Part shown: positions 38,877-48,799 of the stretch, piece after piece
How positions within the stretch are numbered: the stretch's first letter is position 1
How the letters are laid out: the number at the start of each line of letters is the position of its first letter
From: Bacilli bacterium
GTDB lineage: Bacteria > Bacillota_I > Bacilli_A > RFN20 > CAG-826
Length of the DNA: 64,000 bases
Direction: 5' to 3'
Assembly (NCBI GenBank): GCA_024408085.1
Contig: JAKSVH010000003.1
Span: forward strand, 17,157-81,156
The notes under the pieces: generated by a model
The model's database searches: none
What the model saw: the letters and a program-made list of their open reading frames with translations, nothing else
Told to the model about the DNA's origin: nothing
Made by a program: the position numbers and the translations under genes

Positions 38877-39377
38877 ATGATTCACATTATTTTGTATCAT
38901 CCAGAAATTCCTCAAAATACCGGAAATATCTTAAGGACTGCAATGGCAACAAATTCGTTTGTTCACATCATTGGTCCAATTCCTTTTGACATCTCTGATA
39001 AAGCTCTTCAACGAGCGGGAATGGACTATATTAAAGATGCAAAATTTGATTACTATAATTCTTATGAAGAGTTCCAAGAGAATTTCAAAAATAAGAAAAT
39101 TTACTATGTAACAAAGTACGGAGCAAACGTCTATTCCCAAGTAGATTTGTCAGATAAGACCGAAGATGTTTATGTTATGTTCGGCAGGGAATCGACCGGA
39201 ATTGATAAGGAAATCTTGTCAGCTCACAAAGACACAACATTGCGTATCCCAATGATGTCCACAGCAAGGTCTCTAAATCTCTCAAATTCAGTAGCAATTG
39301 TTGTCTACGAAATATTGAGGCAAAAAGAGTTCCCTGGATTAGCAAGTTTCGATATGATTAAAAAGTACACAATCTGA
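38877..39377 (+). CDS. trmL: tRNA (cytidine/uridine-34 2'-O)-methyltransferase TrmL (SpoU/TrmH family)
   Basis: IILYHPEIPQNTGNILRT N-terminus and C-terminal SLNLSNSVAIVVYE knot motif. Confidence 0.85.
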   Translation: MIHIILYHPEIPQNTGNILRTAMATNSFVHIIGPIPFDISDKALQRAGMDYIKDAKFDYYNSYEEFQENFKNKKIYYVTKYGANVYSQVDLSDKTEDVYVMFGRESTGIDKEILSAHKDTTLRIPMMSTARSLNLSNSVAIVVYEILRQKEFPGLASFDMIKKYTI

Positions 39378-39496
39378 GTTAGAATCTCAAAAATGTGTAC
39401 TTTTTTATAATAGATTTTCAAAAAAATGATTAATCAATTTTTTGGTTACGTTCATTATTGATTGAAAGTAATTTTTCTTTTTAATATAATTAAAGC

Positions 39497-40069
39497 ATGG
39501 AAAATTTAAACAAGAAGGGCTTATTACTTATCATGTCTGGCCCAAGCGGAGTTGGAAAAGGCACAATTCGCGAAAAATTAATGGAAGATAAAAGCCTTAA
39601 TCTTTTTTATTCTGTCTCAATGACAACCCGTAACATGAGACCAGGTGAAGTAGATGGTCGTGAATACTATTTCGTTTCAAAAGATGAATTTAAGAAAAAC
39701 ATCGAAAGCGGCAACCTTTTAGAGTGGGCCGAGTACGTTGAAAACTTCTATGGAACACCTAAAGACAAAGTTGAAAATATGAGAAAAGACGGCAAAAACG
39801 TCTTACTTGAAATTGATGTTAAAGGAACTGCGAACGTTCTTTCAAAAGTTGATGATGTTATCTCAATCTTTATTGCACCTCCTTCATTTGAAGAGCTTGC
39901 CAATAGACTTAGAGGACGCGGAACAGAAACTGAAGAAGTTATTAACAATCGTGTTGAAACTGCTAGAAAAGAACTTGCTTTCCAATCTCAATATAAATAT
40001 GTTGTCATAAATGACAAACTTGAAGATGCAGTCGATGAAATTAGAAAAATTATAAAGGAGAATTTATGA
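39497..40069 (+). CDS. gmk: Guanylate kinase
   Basis: P-loop GPSGVGKGT and TTR motif; 190 aa. Confidence 0.93.
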   Translation: MENLNKKGLLLIMSGPSGVGKGTIREKLMEDKSLNLFYSVSMTTRNMRPGEVDGREYYFVSKDEFKKNIESGNLLEWAEYVENFYGTPKDKVENMRKDGKNVLLEIDVKGTANVLSKVDDVISIFIAPPSFEELANRLRGRGTETEEVINNRVETARKELAFQSQYKYVVINDKLEDAVDEIRKIIKENL

Positions 40070-40641
40070 TTACAATTACAATTTACGGATTAGATCAATT
40101 TACAGTTGGTCATTACTCTAGAGAACATACAGCAAACTTAGCTCAACTCTTTGAGACTAAGGGAGAAAATATTTCTTTCTACTCTCCAAATGCTTATGTT
40201 TTTCATAACGGAGTAGAACAAACTTCTTGGAATGCAATTGTTAAAGTAAATGCTCCAGAAAAGTTTGAAGTTTTAGAAGAAAAAGTAGCAAAATACTTGA
40301 TGGAAACTCTAAAAGAGTTCTCTATCAATTTAAGTGTTGAATTCTACTATTACCATTCACATCATAGATATGAACACATTAACAAAGAATATCCAAGATT
40401 CATTACTGATGATAACTTAGTTAATGTTGAAGAATCTGATGAAGATGAACTTTACGAAGGAAATGTCTTTGAAGGAATGGAAGAAAAATTAGAAGCAGCT
40501 TATGCTGAAAAAGAAGCACACGAATGCAATTGCCACGGAGATTATTGTGATTGTGATGATGATTGTGAATGTGAATGCGAAGACGAGGAATGCGAATGTG
40601 GTGAACACGAATGTCATTGTGGACACCATCACAATAACTAA
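40066..40641 (+). CDS. Uncharacterised protein: about 110-aa alpha/beta domain (possibly DUF1904-like), acidic linker and Cys/His-rich C-terminal tail
   Basis: Translationally coupled to gmk (ATGA overlap). Tail: AHECNCHGDYCDCDDDCECECEDEECECGEHECHCGHHHNN. Confidence 0.6.
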   Translation: MITITIYGLDQFTVGHYSREHTANLAQLFETKGENISFYSPNAYVFHNGVEQTSWNAIVKVNAPEKFEVLEEKVAKYLMETLKEFSINLSVEFYYYHSHHRYEHINKEYPRFITDDNLVNVEESDEDELYEGNVFEGMEEKLEAAYAEKEAHECNCHGDYCDCDDDCECECEDEECECGEHECHCGHHHNN

Positions 40642-40647
40642 GGTTAT

Positions 40648-41691
40648 ATGATTAATTTATACGGTCAAGAAATAACCAAATTAGAAAAGTTATTAATGGA
40701 CCGTGGCCAAAAGAAATATCGTGCCACGCAACTTTTTACGTGGATCTATGAGAAAAAAGCTAAGACTTTTGATGAAATGAGCGATGTTTCTAAAGTCTTT
40801 AGAGAAGAATTGAACCGCGATTTTTGTCTCACTCTTCCAACCATCTATAAGAAACAAGTTTCTAAAGATGGGACAATTAAATTGTTGTTAGAGTTAGAAG
40901 ATGGATCAAAAATCGAGACAGCACTTATGCCATATAATTATGGCAATGCTGTATGTGTTACTTCTCAAGTTGGTTGTAACATGGGTTGTGCTTTCTGTGC
41001 ATCTGGTCTTCTTAAGAAGAAAAGAAATCTTGAAGTACACGAAATTGTCGGACAAGTTTTAGTGATGAATTCTCTTCTTGAAGAGAAAGGTGAACATGTT
41101 TCTCATATTGTTGTCATGGGAACTGGTGAGCCATTTGATAACTATGACAATGTCATGGACTTTATTAGAATTGTTAACCATCCAAAAGCACTCGCTATTG
41201 GCGCACGTCACATAAGCGTATCTACATGCGGACTTGTTCCAGGCATCATGAAATATGCACATGAAGGTTTACAAACTAATCTTGCAATTTCACTTCATGC
41301 ACCAAACGACGAAATTAGAAATAAACTTATGCCAGTTTCAAGAGCTTATCCTGTGGATAAACTTATGGAAGCTGTTAAATATTATGAACAAACAGCAGGA
41401 CGTAGAGTCACATTCGAGTACATTATGCTTGAAGGCATTAATGATACTTTAGAATGTGCCAAAGAATTAGTTGACTTAGTCAAAGGAACTTTAGCCTACG
41501 TCAACTTAATTCCTTATAACCCTGTAGACGAACACGACTTCAAAAGAAGTAATGATAAAAATGTTCACAAATTCTTTTCTTATTTAATGCAACATGGTGT
41601 AAACACCACAGTAAGAAAAGAATTTGGAAATGATATTGATGCCGCTTGTGGACAATTAAGAGCAAAGGAAATGAAGAAAAATGGAGATTAA
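40648..41691 (+). CDS. rlmN: 23S rRNA/tRNA (adenine-C2)-methyltransferase RlmN (radical SAM)
   Basis: Radical-SAM cluster motif CNMGCAFCASG; 347 aa. Confidence 0.92.
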   Translation: MINLYGQEITKLEKLLMDRGQKKYRATQLFTWIYEKKAKTFDEMSDVSKVFREELNRDFCLTLPTIYKKQVSKDGTIKLLLELEDGSKIETALMPYNYGNAVCVTSQVGCNMGCAFCASGLLKKKRNLEVHEIVGQVLVMNSLLEEKGEHVSHIVVMGTGEPFDNYDNVMDFIRIVNHPKALAIGARHISVSTCGLVPGIMKYAHEGLQTNLAISLHAPNDEIRNKLMPVSRAYPVDKLMEAVKYYEQTAGRRVTFEYIMLEGINDTLECAKELVDLVKGTLAYVNLIPYNPVDEHDFKRSNDKNVHKFFSYLMQHGVNTTVRKEFGNDIDAACGQLRAKEMKKNGD

Positions 41692-42430
41692 GGGCAGATT
41701 TGGATCTCACACTGATATTGGCTTAGTCAGAAAATCCAATGAAGACAAAGCCTTATCTTTAATGGACTCTCAACACAACGTTTTACTTTGCGTATGTGAT
41801 GGTATGGGCGGATACATGAAAGGTGATTTTGCTAGCAAAATTGCCGTTGATGTTATTAACGCAGCATTTAAGAGTCACATTAAGTGGATCTTTGATTTCC
41901 AAGTAAAAATGTGGATTTCAAAAGTAGTTAAATCAATTAACTATTCAGTTTTCTCTGAATCTCAAGATTCTGAAAAATTTGCAGGTATGGGCACAACACT
42001 CTGTATGGCTATTTTCTTCAAAAATAAAATCTTTGTTGTGAACGTTGGTGACTCACGTGCTTATAGACTTGAAAGTGAAGAAATTGTCCAACTTACAAAA
42101 GATCAAACTTATGTTCAATACATGCTCAACAAAGGCGAGATTGATGAGCAAGAAAAACTTACTTCAAAAGATAGACATGCCTTGATGAACTTCATTGGAC
42201 ATAGCAAGGATGTTAACTACACCTTGGATATTATGAAAAACGAAAGCAAAACTATCTTGCTTTGTTCAGATGGTTTATATAATAACGCAACTGATAAACA
42301 AATCTTCTCAGCACTCGATTCAAGTGAAAGATTAGACCAAAAAATTAGCACTCTCATTGGCATAGCCAATGCTAATGGTGGTTCGGACAATATTGCTATT
42401 TCAATGTGGGAGCCATATAAGCATGATTAA
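41681..42430 (+). CDS. PP2C-family Ser/Thr protein phosphatase (PrpC/Stp-like)
   Basis: CDGMGG and GGSDNIA motifs; position upstream of the kinase. Confidence 0.88.
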   Translation: MEIKGRFGSHTDIGLVRKSNEDKALSLMDSQHNVLLCVCDGMGGYMKGDFASKIAVDVINAAFKSHIKWIFDFQVKMWISKVVKSINYSVFSESQDSEKFAGMGTTLCMAIFFKNKIFVVNVGDSRAYRLESEEIVQLTKDQTYVQYMLNKGEIDEQEKLTSKDRHALMNFIGHSKDVNYTLDIMKNESKTILLCSDGLYNNATDKQIFSALDSSERLDQKISTLIGIANANGGSDNIAISMWEPYKHD

Positions 42431-43277
42431 TATTGGCGAGACAATTGATAATCGCTACAACATTTTAGAACACTTAGGCAGCGGCGGAATGGCCGATGTT
42501 TTTGAAGCTAAAGATTTAATCAATTCCAATATTGTTGCAATCAAAATCATGAAAGATGAATTAAAAGACGATAAACAAAATATCGCTTCTTTTAAGAAGG
42601 AAGTTAGTGCTTCAGCTTCAATGTCTCATCCAAATATTATGGAAATTTACAATGAAGGAATCCATAACGGTTGTCCTTACATTGTTATTGAATATTTAAA
42701 AAATCAAACTTTACTCGACAAGATTGAATATTTCACAAAATTCACAGTTAGAGAAGGTTCTCAAATTATGCTTCAACTTTTGGAAGCAATTGCCTACACA
42801 CATTCGCACAATATTCTTCATCGTGATATCAAACCACAAAACATTTTTTATATGCCAAATGGCACAATTAAACTTGGTGACTTTGGAATCGCAGTAAATG
42901 AAAAAGACGCGGAAAATACCGGAAATATTCAAGGATCTGTGTATTATTTGGCTCCTGAAGTCTTACTTGGAAAACCATTTTCTGTTGCTAGCGATATCTA
43001 TGCAGCAGGGGTTACTTTCTTCCACATTATTACTGGAAAAACTCCATTTGATGGAACCACTCAAGAAATTGCAAATGCTCACATCAAAAATGATTTTCCA
43101 AAACCATCTTCATTTAATTCTTCAGTTCCAAAAGAAATTGATGAAATTATTTTGAAAGCCACTAAGAAAAATCCTGCTGCAAGATATCAATCTGCAAAGG
43201 AATTCCAAACAGCTATTTCAAATTATCTTAATGGTGTAAAAGAAAAGAAATCTATCTTTAGCAGGTTATTTAAATGA
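42423..43277 (+). CDS. Hanks-type Ser/Thr protein kinase, catalytic domain only (284 aa, no TM or PASTA)
   Basis: GSGGMADVF glycine loop, AIK, HRDIKPQN, DFG and APE motifs. Start at ATG 42423, which overlaps the phosphatase stop. Confidence 0.88.
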   Translation: MINIGETIDNRYNILEHLGSGGMADVFEAKDLINSNIVAIKIMKDELKDDKQNIASFKKEVSASASMSHPNIMEIYNEGIHNGCPYIVIEYLKNQTLLDKIEYFTKFTVREGSQIMLQLLEAIAYTHSHNILHRDIKPQNIFYMPNGTIKLGDFGIAVNEKDAENTGNIQGSVYYLAPEVLLGKPFSVASDIYAAGVTFFHIITGKTPFDGTTQEIANAHIKNDFPKPSSFNSSVPKEIDEIILKATKKNPAARYQSAKEFQTAISNYLNGVKEKKSIFSRLFK

Positions 43278-44140
43278 CAGGCAAAGTTTTATCAACAGTT
43301 GGTGGCATTTGCCGAGTCTATTCTGATGGCGTAACATATAATGTTATTCCAAGAGGAATCTTTAGACATGAGAATAAAAATATTGTCGCTGGCGAAGATG
43401 TAATTTTTGATGATGAAGAGATGGTTATTCAAGCAGTTCTTGATCGCAAAAATTATTTGATTAGACCAAGAAGTGCAAATGTTGATTTAATGTTGATTAC
43501 AATGTCAGTTGTGGAACCAGAACTTTCGCAAGAACTTTTATACAAATTTTTGACATACGCCAACCTCAATGGAATACCTGCCGCAGTGTTATTTACAAAG
43601 CTCGATAGACTTACTGATTTCAGCGAACTTGATAGACTTACAAATGATCTTGAAAAATTAGGAATTAAAGTCTTCCGTCTTTCACCAGAAAAAACTGAAG
43701 TTATTGAGGATTTGCAGGCGTTTTTAAGCGAAAAAACCACTATAATCATGGGCCAAACAGGTGTTGGCAAGTCTTCAGCAATCAACTTAATTGATCCACA
43801 ATTTGATAGAAAAATTGGTGAATATTCTAAGGCTCTTGGAAGAGGAAAACACCAAACAAAAGAAGTTATCTTACTTCCATACAAAAATGGTTTCATTGGA
43901 GACACTCCGGGCTTCTCGTCTTTGGAACTTGAAATTTACAAGGAAGACTTGGCCCAATATTTTCCAGGTTATAACGAACATTATTTACAATGTTATTTCT
44001 CAAATTGCTTACATCAAAACGAAAAACAATGTAAAATTAAAGAAGAAATAGAGAAAGGTAACCTTTCAAAGGAAGGTTATGAAGTCTATATTAAATTACT
44101 TAACTCACTCGATTACAAACAAGAGAGGTACAAGAAATGA
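43274..44140 (+). CDS. rsgA: Ribosome small subunit-dependent GTPase A
   Basis: Circularly permuted GTPase motifs TKLD, GQTGVGKSS and DTPGF; C-terminal Cys zinc knuckle. Confidence 0.9.
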   Translation: MTGKVLSTVGGICRVYSDGVTYNVIPRGIFRHENKNIVAGEDVIFDDEEMVIQAVLDRKNYLIRPRSANVDLMLITMSVVEPELSQELLYKFLTYANLNGIPAAVLFTKLDRLTDFSELDRLTNDLEKLGIKVFRLSPEKTEVIEDLQAFLSEKTTIIMGQTGVGKSSAINLIDPQFDRKIGEYSKALGRGKHQTKEVILLPYKNGFIGDTPGFSSLELEIYKEDLAQYFPGYNEHYLQCYFSNCLHQNEKQCKIKEEIEKGNLSKEGYEVYIKLLNSLDYKQERYKK

Positions 44141-44790
44141 AAAACTACATAGCACCAAGTTTATTATCAGCAGACAAAGAAAACTTAGAAGCTGAAATTA
44201 AGAAAGTTGAAGCTCTCGGAGCAGAGTACATTCATTGGGACATTATGGATGGAATTTTTGTCGAAAACAAATCATTCGAAGATAGCGTTGTTGCAAAGTT
44301 CCATAATTGTCACAAAATGGTAAATGATGTTCACATCATGGTTGCAGATCCAAAACATGTTGCTCCAATTTTTATTAAAGCAGGTGCTGATATTGTTACT
44401 TTCCACTACGAAGCAGTGGAGTGTCCTGTTTGTGCTCAAAAAGTTATTGATTTAATTCACGAACAAAAATGTAAGGCAGGAATTTCTATTAAACCAAACA
44501 CTCCAGTTAGAGTTTTAAGAAAACTTGTTGATAAAGTTGACTTAGTTTTAGTAATGTCTGTCGAACCTGGAAAAGGTGGACAAGCATTCATTCCAAGTGC
44601 ACTTAAGAAAATTAAAAAACTTCGTAAGTGGATTGATAAACGTAATTTGAATTGCTTAATTGAAGTCGATGGTGGAATTAATGGTGAAACCGGAAAACTT
44701 TGTAGAGAAGCAGGTGCTGATATTTTAGTCGCAGGTTCATATCTTTATGGACATGATGACATTAAAGAAAGATTTGAGACTTTAAGATAA
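44137..44790 (+). CDS. rpe: Ribulose-phosphate 3-epimerase
   Basis: APSLLSAD N-terminus, MSVEPGKGGQ and VDGGIN motifs. Confidence 0.92.
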   Translation: MKNYIAPSLLSADKENLEAEIKKVEALGAEYIHWDIMDGIFVENKSFEDSVVAKFHNCHKMVNDVHIMVADPKHVAPIFIKAGADIVTFHYEAVECPVCAQKVIDLIHEQKCKAGISIKPNTPVRVLRKLVDKVDLVLVMSVEPGKGGQAFIPSALKKIKKLRKWIDKRNLNCLIEVDGGINGETGKLCREAGADILVAGSYLYGHDDIKERFETLR

Positions 44791-45467
44791 TGCATTTTAC
44801 ACCTATCTGGATTATTACTTTTTGCGTATTTCTAGTAAGTGTTTTAACAATTGTATTTTTAGCAAAATTCGCCACAAAACCCGTGGATTCCTATGGATTT
44901 TCCTTCAAAAGAGTGTTTCCTTTCGAAGTAATAAACCGTGAGCAAAACTCACTTCCATACAGAATCCTTTTATGTGTTTTTGTGGCAGCAAGTTTTGCTC
45001 CACTTTTCAACTTGTTCCAAAGTTATGGACAAATTGAAAACATCCAAGGGTTATCAATTGCAATTTGTTGTATTTATGGATTAGCTGCAATTTGTTTTGC
45101 ATTCCTCCATTATTTCGACGCTACACATACGCTCGCGCATTTAATTTTATTTGTATTGTTTCTCTGTTTAACTTTACTTGGTAATGCACTTGCTGCAGTT
45201 AAAGGATTTGCAGTTTATGATACTTATGCTAAGCATGATCAAAAAATGTATAGTGCATTAGTTGGTGGAATTATTTCTGGAGTCATGGCTATTTGCGGAG
45301 TAATTTTATCAATTAATCCAAAACTTAAAAATTGGGCTTATTTAACCAAAACTGATACAGGAATCGAACGTCCAAAAGTATTTGTTCTTGCTTATTCAGA
45401 ATGGTTATCATTCTTTATGTTAGCAATAGGGGAAGCAGCGTACTTCTTTGTCTTATTAATCCAATAA
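44790..45467 (+). CDS. Hypothetical polytopic membrane protein
   Basis: About six hydrophobic segments; TAATG coupling to rpe; no recognisable motif. Confidence 0.5.
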   Translation: MHFTPIWIITFCVFLVSVLTIVFLAKFATKPVDSYGFSFKRVFPFEVINREQNSLPYRILLCVFVAASFAPLFNLFQSYGQIENIQGLSIAICCIYGLAAICFAFLHYFDATHTLAHLILFVLFLCLTLLGNALAAVKGFAVYDTYAKHDQKMYSALVGGIISGVMAICGVILSINPKLKNWAYLTKTDTGIERPKVFVLAYSEWLSFFMLAIGEAAYFFVLLIQ

Positions 45468-45494
45468 AAAAGGTTCTCAATCGAGAACCTTTTT
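45466..45494. terminator. Bidirectional terminator between the rpe operon and rpmB
   Basis: Stem GGTTCTC / GAGAACC with loop AATC, flanked by AAAAAA and TTTTT. Confidence 0.75.
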
Positions 45495-45513
45495 ACTATG
45501 TAAAACACTAAAA

Positions 45514-45702
45514 TTATTTAGCGTTTTTCATTAATGCACGGTGTGCTCTTGCTGTCATTTTGACAGTGACCATTCTGCCATTAATGTTAATTTTATATTT
45601 TTGTAAGTTACCATTCCAAACTCTACGAGTTGCAATCATTGAGTGGGAACGTGCGTTTCCTGAACGTGGACCAACGCCTGAAATTTGACATCTTCTTGAC
45701 AT
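45514..45702 (-). CDS. rpmB: 50S ribosomal protein L28
   Basis: MSRRCQISG...GNARSHS signature; 62 aa. Confidence 0.93.
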   Translation of the reverse strand: MSRRCQISGVGPRSGNARSHSMIATRRVWNGNLQKYKININGRMVTVKMTARAHRALMKNAK

Positions 45703-45776
45703 ATTACTTTTCCTCTTTTCTAAAAAGCGAGATATATTTTAACAAAAGAAATCATTTATGTAAATAAAGATTTTAA

Positions 45777-46247
45777 TTAGATTTTTTTGTTTGGGAATTT
45801 TCTTTGGAATTCTTCCTTGGAGAGCAAATGAGATTTCTCAAGTGCCTTTTCGTAAATTATTCCTTTTTTATCAAATGCAAGGAAGTGATCTCTTCCATCT
45901 TTTGTGTAGAAAAGTAGCATCTTTTTTCTGGCTGAAAATTCCTCGTCAATATAGATGATATCTGACCAGAAATATTCACTTACTTTTCCCATCTTTGTGT
46001 GCACTAATTTCAAGGAAGTAACTTCATAAGAAGTTTGTGTGATAGAAAGTATACAGAAAAGTATGCTTGCAATAGCGAGTGATGGAGTGTAGATTGCAAA
46101 CGATGCATCTGGAGGCCAAATGTGGTCACTTGCAATGCCTTGGAACGAGATAAAAAATATAGCCTCAAAAACCACAAAAAGAATCACAAAAATAAGGATA
46201 ATTCTCCATGGATTTGGATGTAAAATATTTGGATTTTTCTTATTCAT
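45777..46247 (-). CDS. Hypothetical membrane protein (two TM helices plus a small soluble domain)
   Basis: Open frame with TGgTAAAAT 9 nt upstream of the ATG. No recognisable motif. Confidence 0.5.
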   Translation of the reverse strand: MNKKNPNILHPNPWRIILIFVILFVVFEAIFFISFQGIASDHIWPPDASFAIYTPSLAIASILFCILSITQTSYEVTSLKLVHTKMGKVSEYFWSDIIYIDEEFSARKKMLLFYTKDGRDHFLAFDKKGIIYEKALEKSHLLSKEEFQRKFPNKKI

Positions 46248-46395
46248 TTCGCCAATATTTTACCAAAGATTTTGCAAATAAAAAATTGTAATTATTTAAA
46301 TAATTTTCGTTTGTGCTACAATATATCCGCCTATTAGTGAAAATTAATTTAAATTAACAAGGTGCAATATCGTATAGAATTGGAGTTAGCAGATT

Positions 46396-48798
46396 ATGAG
46401 TTACGAACATTTAAAGATTGAAGCCAAATGGAAAAAGGTTTACGAAGATAAAAAACCTTTCTATTGTGATACACACGATTTTAGCAAACCAAAGTATTAT
46501 GTCTTAGACATGTTCCCTTATCCATCAGGACAAGGTTTACACGTTGGACACCCTCTTGGTTATACCGCTAGTGACGTTGTCGCTAGAATGAAAAGAATGC
46601 AAGGATTTAATGTCCTTCATCCAATTGGATTTGATGCTTTTGGCTTACCAGCAGAACAATTCGCAATTCAAAATAACAAACATCCATACGAATTCACTAA
46701 GAAAAATATTGATCACTTTAGAGAACAAATCAAAGCTCTTGGTTTCTCATATGACTGGAGCAAAGAAATTGCTACATGTGATCCAAGTTATTACAAATGG
46801 ACACAATGGATTTTCTCCTTATTATATAAGGATGATTTAGCATACGTCTCTAACATTCCAGTTAACTTCTGCCCAGAACTTGGCACAGTCCTTGCAAATG
46901 AAGAAGTTATTGATGGAAAATCAGAACGTGGAGGTTATCCAGTTATCAAGATGCCAATGAGACAATGGGTTTTAAGAATCACAAGATATGCTGACAAACT
47001 CATTGAATCTTTAGATACAATGGATTGGCCAAAATCCACATTAGTAATGCAAAAGAACTGGATTGGTAAATCCTTAGGTGCAGAAATCACATTCAAAGTC
47101 GCAGATTCAAATGAATCATTTGATGTTTTCACTACACGTGCAGATACATTATTCGGATGCACATATTGCTGCCTTGCACCTGAACACCCACTCGTAAAGA
47201 AACTTGCTTCCAAAGAACAAAAAGAAGCTGTTGAAAAATACATTAAAGAAGTTCAGACAAAGTCTGATATGGAAAGAACTGAACTTAATAAAGACAAAAC
47301 CGGTGTATTTATTGGAGCTTACGCAATTAATCCAATCAATGGAAAGAAAGTTCCAATTTATGCAGCAGACTATGTCTTATATGGTTATGGAAGCGGTGCA
47401 GTTATGGCTGTTCCAACTCATGACCAAAGAGACTACGAATTTGCTAAAAAACACGGGCTTGATTTCATTCAAGTTCTTGAGGGTGATGTGTCCGAGCATG
47501 CTATGGAAGGCGATGCAAAACACATCAACTCAGACTTTGCAAACGGCTTAAATATTGCCGATGCAAAGAAAGCAATTATTGCTAAACTTGAAGAAATCGG
47601 CGCAGGAAAATCCAAAGTTAACTATAAGTTAAGAGACTGGATTTTCTCAAGACAACGTTATTGGGGTGAACCAATTCCAGTTGTTACTTTCTCTGACGGA
47701 ACAACTTATTGTTATGATGCAAATGAACTTCCACTTACACTTCCAGAAATGAAAGTTTATGCACCAAGTGGAGATGGAAAATCACCTCTTGCTAATGCAA
47801 AAGAATGGTTAAATGTTGAAATTAATGGCAAGAAGGGTGAAAGAGAAACTAACACCATGCCACAATGGGCTGGTTCTTGTTGGTATTACATTCGTTACTT
47901 AGATCCACAAAACGATAAACAAATTGCAGATCCAGAACTTATTAAACACTGGCTTCCAGTTGACCTTTACATTGGTGGTGCAGAACATGCTGTTCTTCAC
48001 TTACTTTATGCAAGATTCTGGCACAAATTCTTATTTGACAAAGGTGTCGTCTATTCAGATGAACCATTCAAGAAGTTATTCCATCAAGGAATGATTCTTG
48101 GAGAAAATAACGAAAAGATGTCAAAATCACGTGGTAACGTAGTTAACCCAGATGATATCGTTAGAGATTATGGTGCTGACTCACTTCGTTTATTCGAAAT
48201 GTTTGCAGGACCACTTGAAGAAGGCTTTGCCTGGTCCACACAAGGACTTGCAGGTGCACGTAGATTTATCGAGCGTGTTTATAGACTTTACACAGATCCA
48301 GAATTTGTGAGTAGATTTTCTGATGAGAATAGTGGTGAATTAGACTTTGTCTACAATGCCACTGTTAAGAAAGTTACAAATGACTTTGCTAACTTACAAA
48401 TTAACACAGGCATTGCTCAAATGATGATTTTCGTTAATGCTTTATTCAAAGCAAACTCTTTATACAAACCTTACATGATTAACTTCATTAAAATGTTTAG
48501 CTGTGTCTGTCCATTTGTTGGTGAAGAATTATTTGAAAACATTACAGGCAAGCAACTTGTTGACTATGAAATGTGGCCAACATATGATGAATCAAAACTT
48601 GTTTTGAACACCGTTAAGATTGCTGCTTCCGTTAACGGAAAACTTAGAGACACATTTGATGCTTCAGTTGATGCAAGTGAAGAAGAACTTCAAAAACTTG
48701 CTATGGAATGTGAAGGCGTCAAACGTCATACCGAAGGTAAACAAATTAAACGTGTCATTGTTGTCAAAGGAAAGATTGTCAACATTATTGCTTTATAA
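46396..48798 (+). CDS. leuS: Leucine--tRNA ligase
   Basis: HVGHPLGY (HIGH) and KMSKSRGN motifs; 800 aa. Confidence 0.96.
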   Translation: MSYEHLKIEAKWKKVYEDKKPFYCDTHDFSKPKYYVLDMFPYPSGQGLHVGHPLGYTASDVVARMKRMQGFNVLHPIGFDAFGLPAEQFAIQNNKHPYEFTKKNIDHFREQIKALGFSYDWSKEIATCDPSYYKWTQWIFSLLYKDDLAYVSNIPVNFCPELGTVLANEEVIDGKSERGGYPVIKMPMRQWVLRITRYADKLIESLDTMDWPKSTLVMQKNWIGKSLGAEITFKVADSNESFDVFTTRADTLFGCTYCCLAPEHPLVKKLASKEQKEAVEKYIKEVQTKSDMERTELNKDKTGVFIGAYAINPINGKKVPIYAADYVLYGYGSGAVMAVPTHDQRDYEFAKKHGLDFIQVLEGDVSEHAMEGDAKHINSDFANGLNIADAKKAIIAKLEEIGAGKSKVNYKLRDWIFSRQRYWGEPIPVVTFSDGTTYCYDANELPLTLPEMKVYAPSGDGKSPLANAKEWLNVEINGKKGERETNTMPQWAGSCWYYIRYLDPQNDKQIADPELIKHWLPVDLYIGGAEHAVLHLLYARFWHKFLFDKGVVYSDEPFKKLFHQGMILGENNEKMSKSRGNVVNPDDIVRDYGADSLRLFEMFAGPLEEGFAWSTQGLAGARRFIERVYRLYTDPEFVSRFSDENSGELDFVYNATVKKVTNDFANLQINTGIAQMMIFVNALFKANSLYKPYMINFIKMFSCVCPFVGEELFENITGKQLVDYEMWPTYDESKLVLNTVKIAASVNGKLRDTFDASVDASEEELQKLAMECEGVKRHTEGKQIKRVIVVKGKIVNIIAL

Positions 48799-48799
48799 T

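Noticed and set aside
39361-39404. Hairpin AAAAGTACACA ... TGTGTACTTTT after trmL as a terminator
   Set aside because: The stem is plausible and is followed by a T-run. However, the 22-nt loop and the overlap with the end of the trmL coding sequence make it weaker than the other terminators, so it is not listed as a feature.
40516-40638. TGT/GAA/TGC-rich stretch considered as a non-coding microsatellite
   Set aside because: It is in frame with and continuous with the upstream ORF and ends at a stop 6 nt before rlmN. The repeat is imperfect at the nucleotide level but regular at the amino-acid level (the CxC/CxxC pattern). It is therefore treated as coding and reported as a finding.
43453-43905. 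150-aa ORF antisense to rsgA
   Set aside because: It lies entirely inside a well-conserved gene on the opposite strand, has no Shine-Dalgarno or promoter, and has a low-complexity composition typical of antisense frames in AT-rich DNA. The same reasoning applies to 5626-5877, 14748-14996, 28029-28277, 30574-30912, 31083-31418, 31545-31838 and 33565-33834.
46248-46395. Possible T-box riboswitch upstream of leuS (also checked upstream of trpS at 3924-4020 and of proS at 13793-13806)
   Set aside because: The leaders are too short (148, 97 and 14 nt). They lack the conserved T-box sequence (AGGGTGGNACCGCG-like) and have no specifier/terminator architecture.
48620-48799. N-terminal extension of coaX overlapping the 3' end of leuS by 180 nt
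   Set aside because: The extension is an alternative frame of leuS with no similarity to pantothenate kinases. The conserved DIGNS motif begins right after ATG 48800, which lies 1 nt past the leuS stop.
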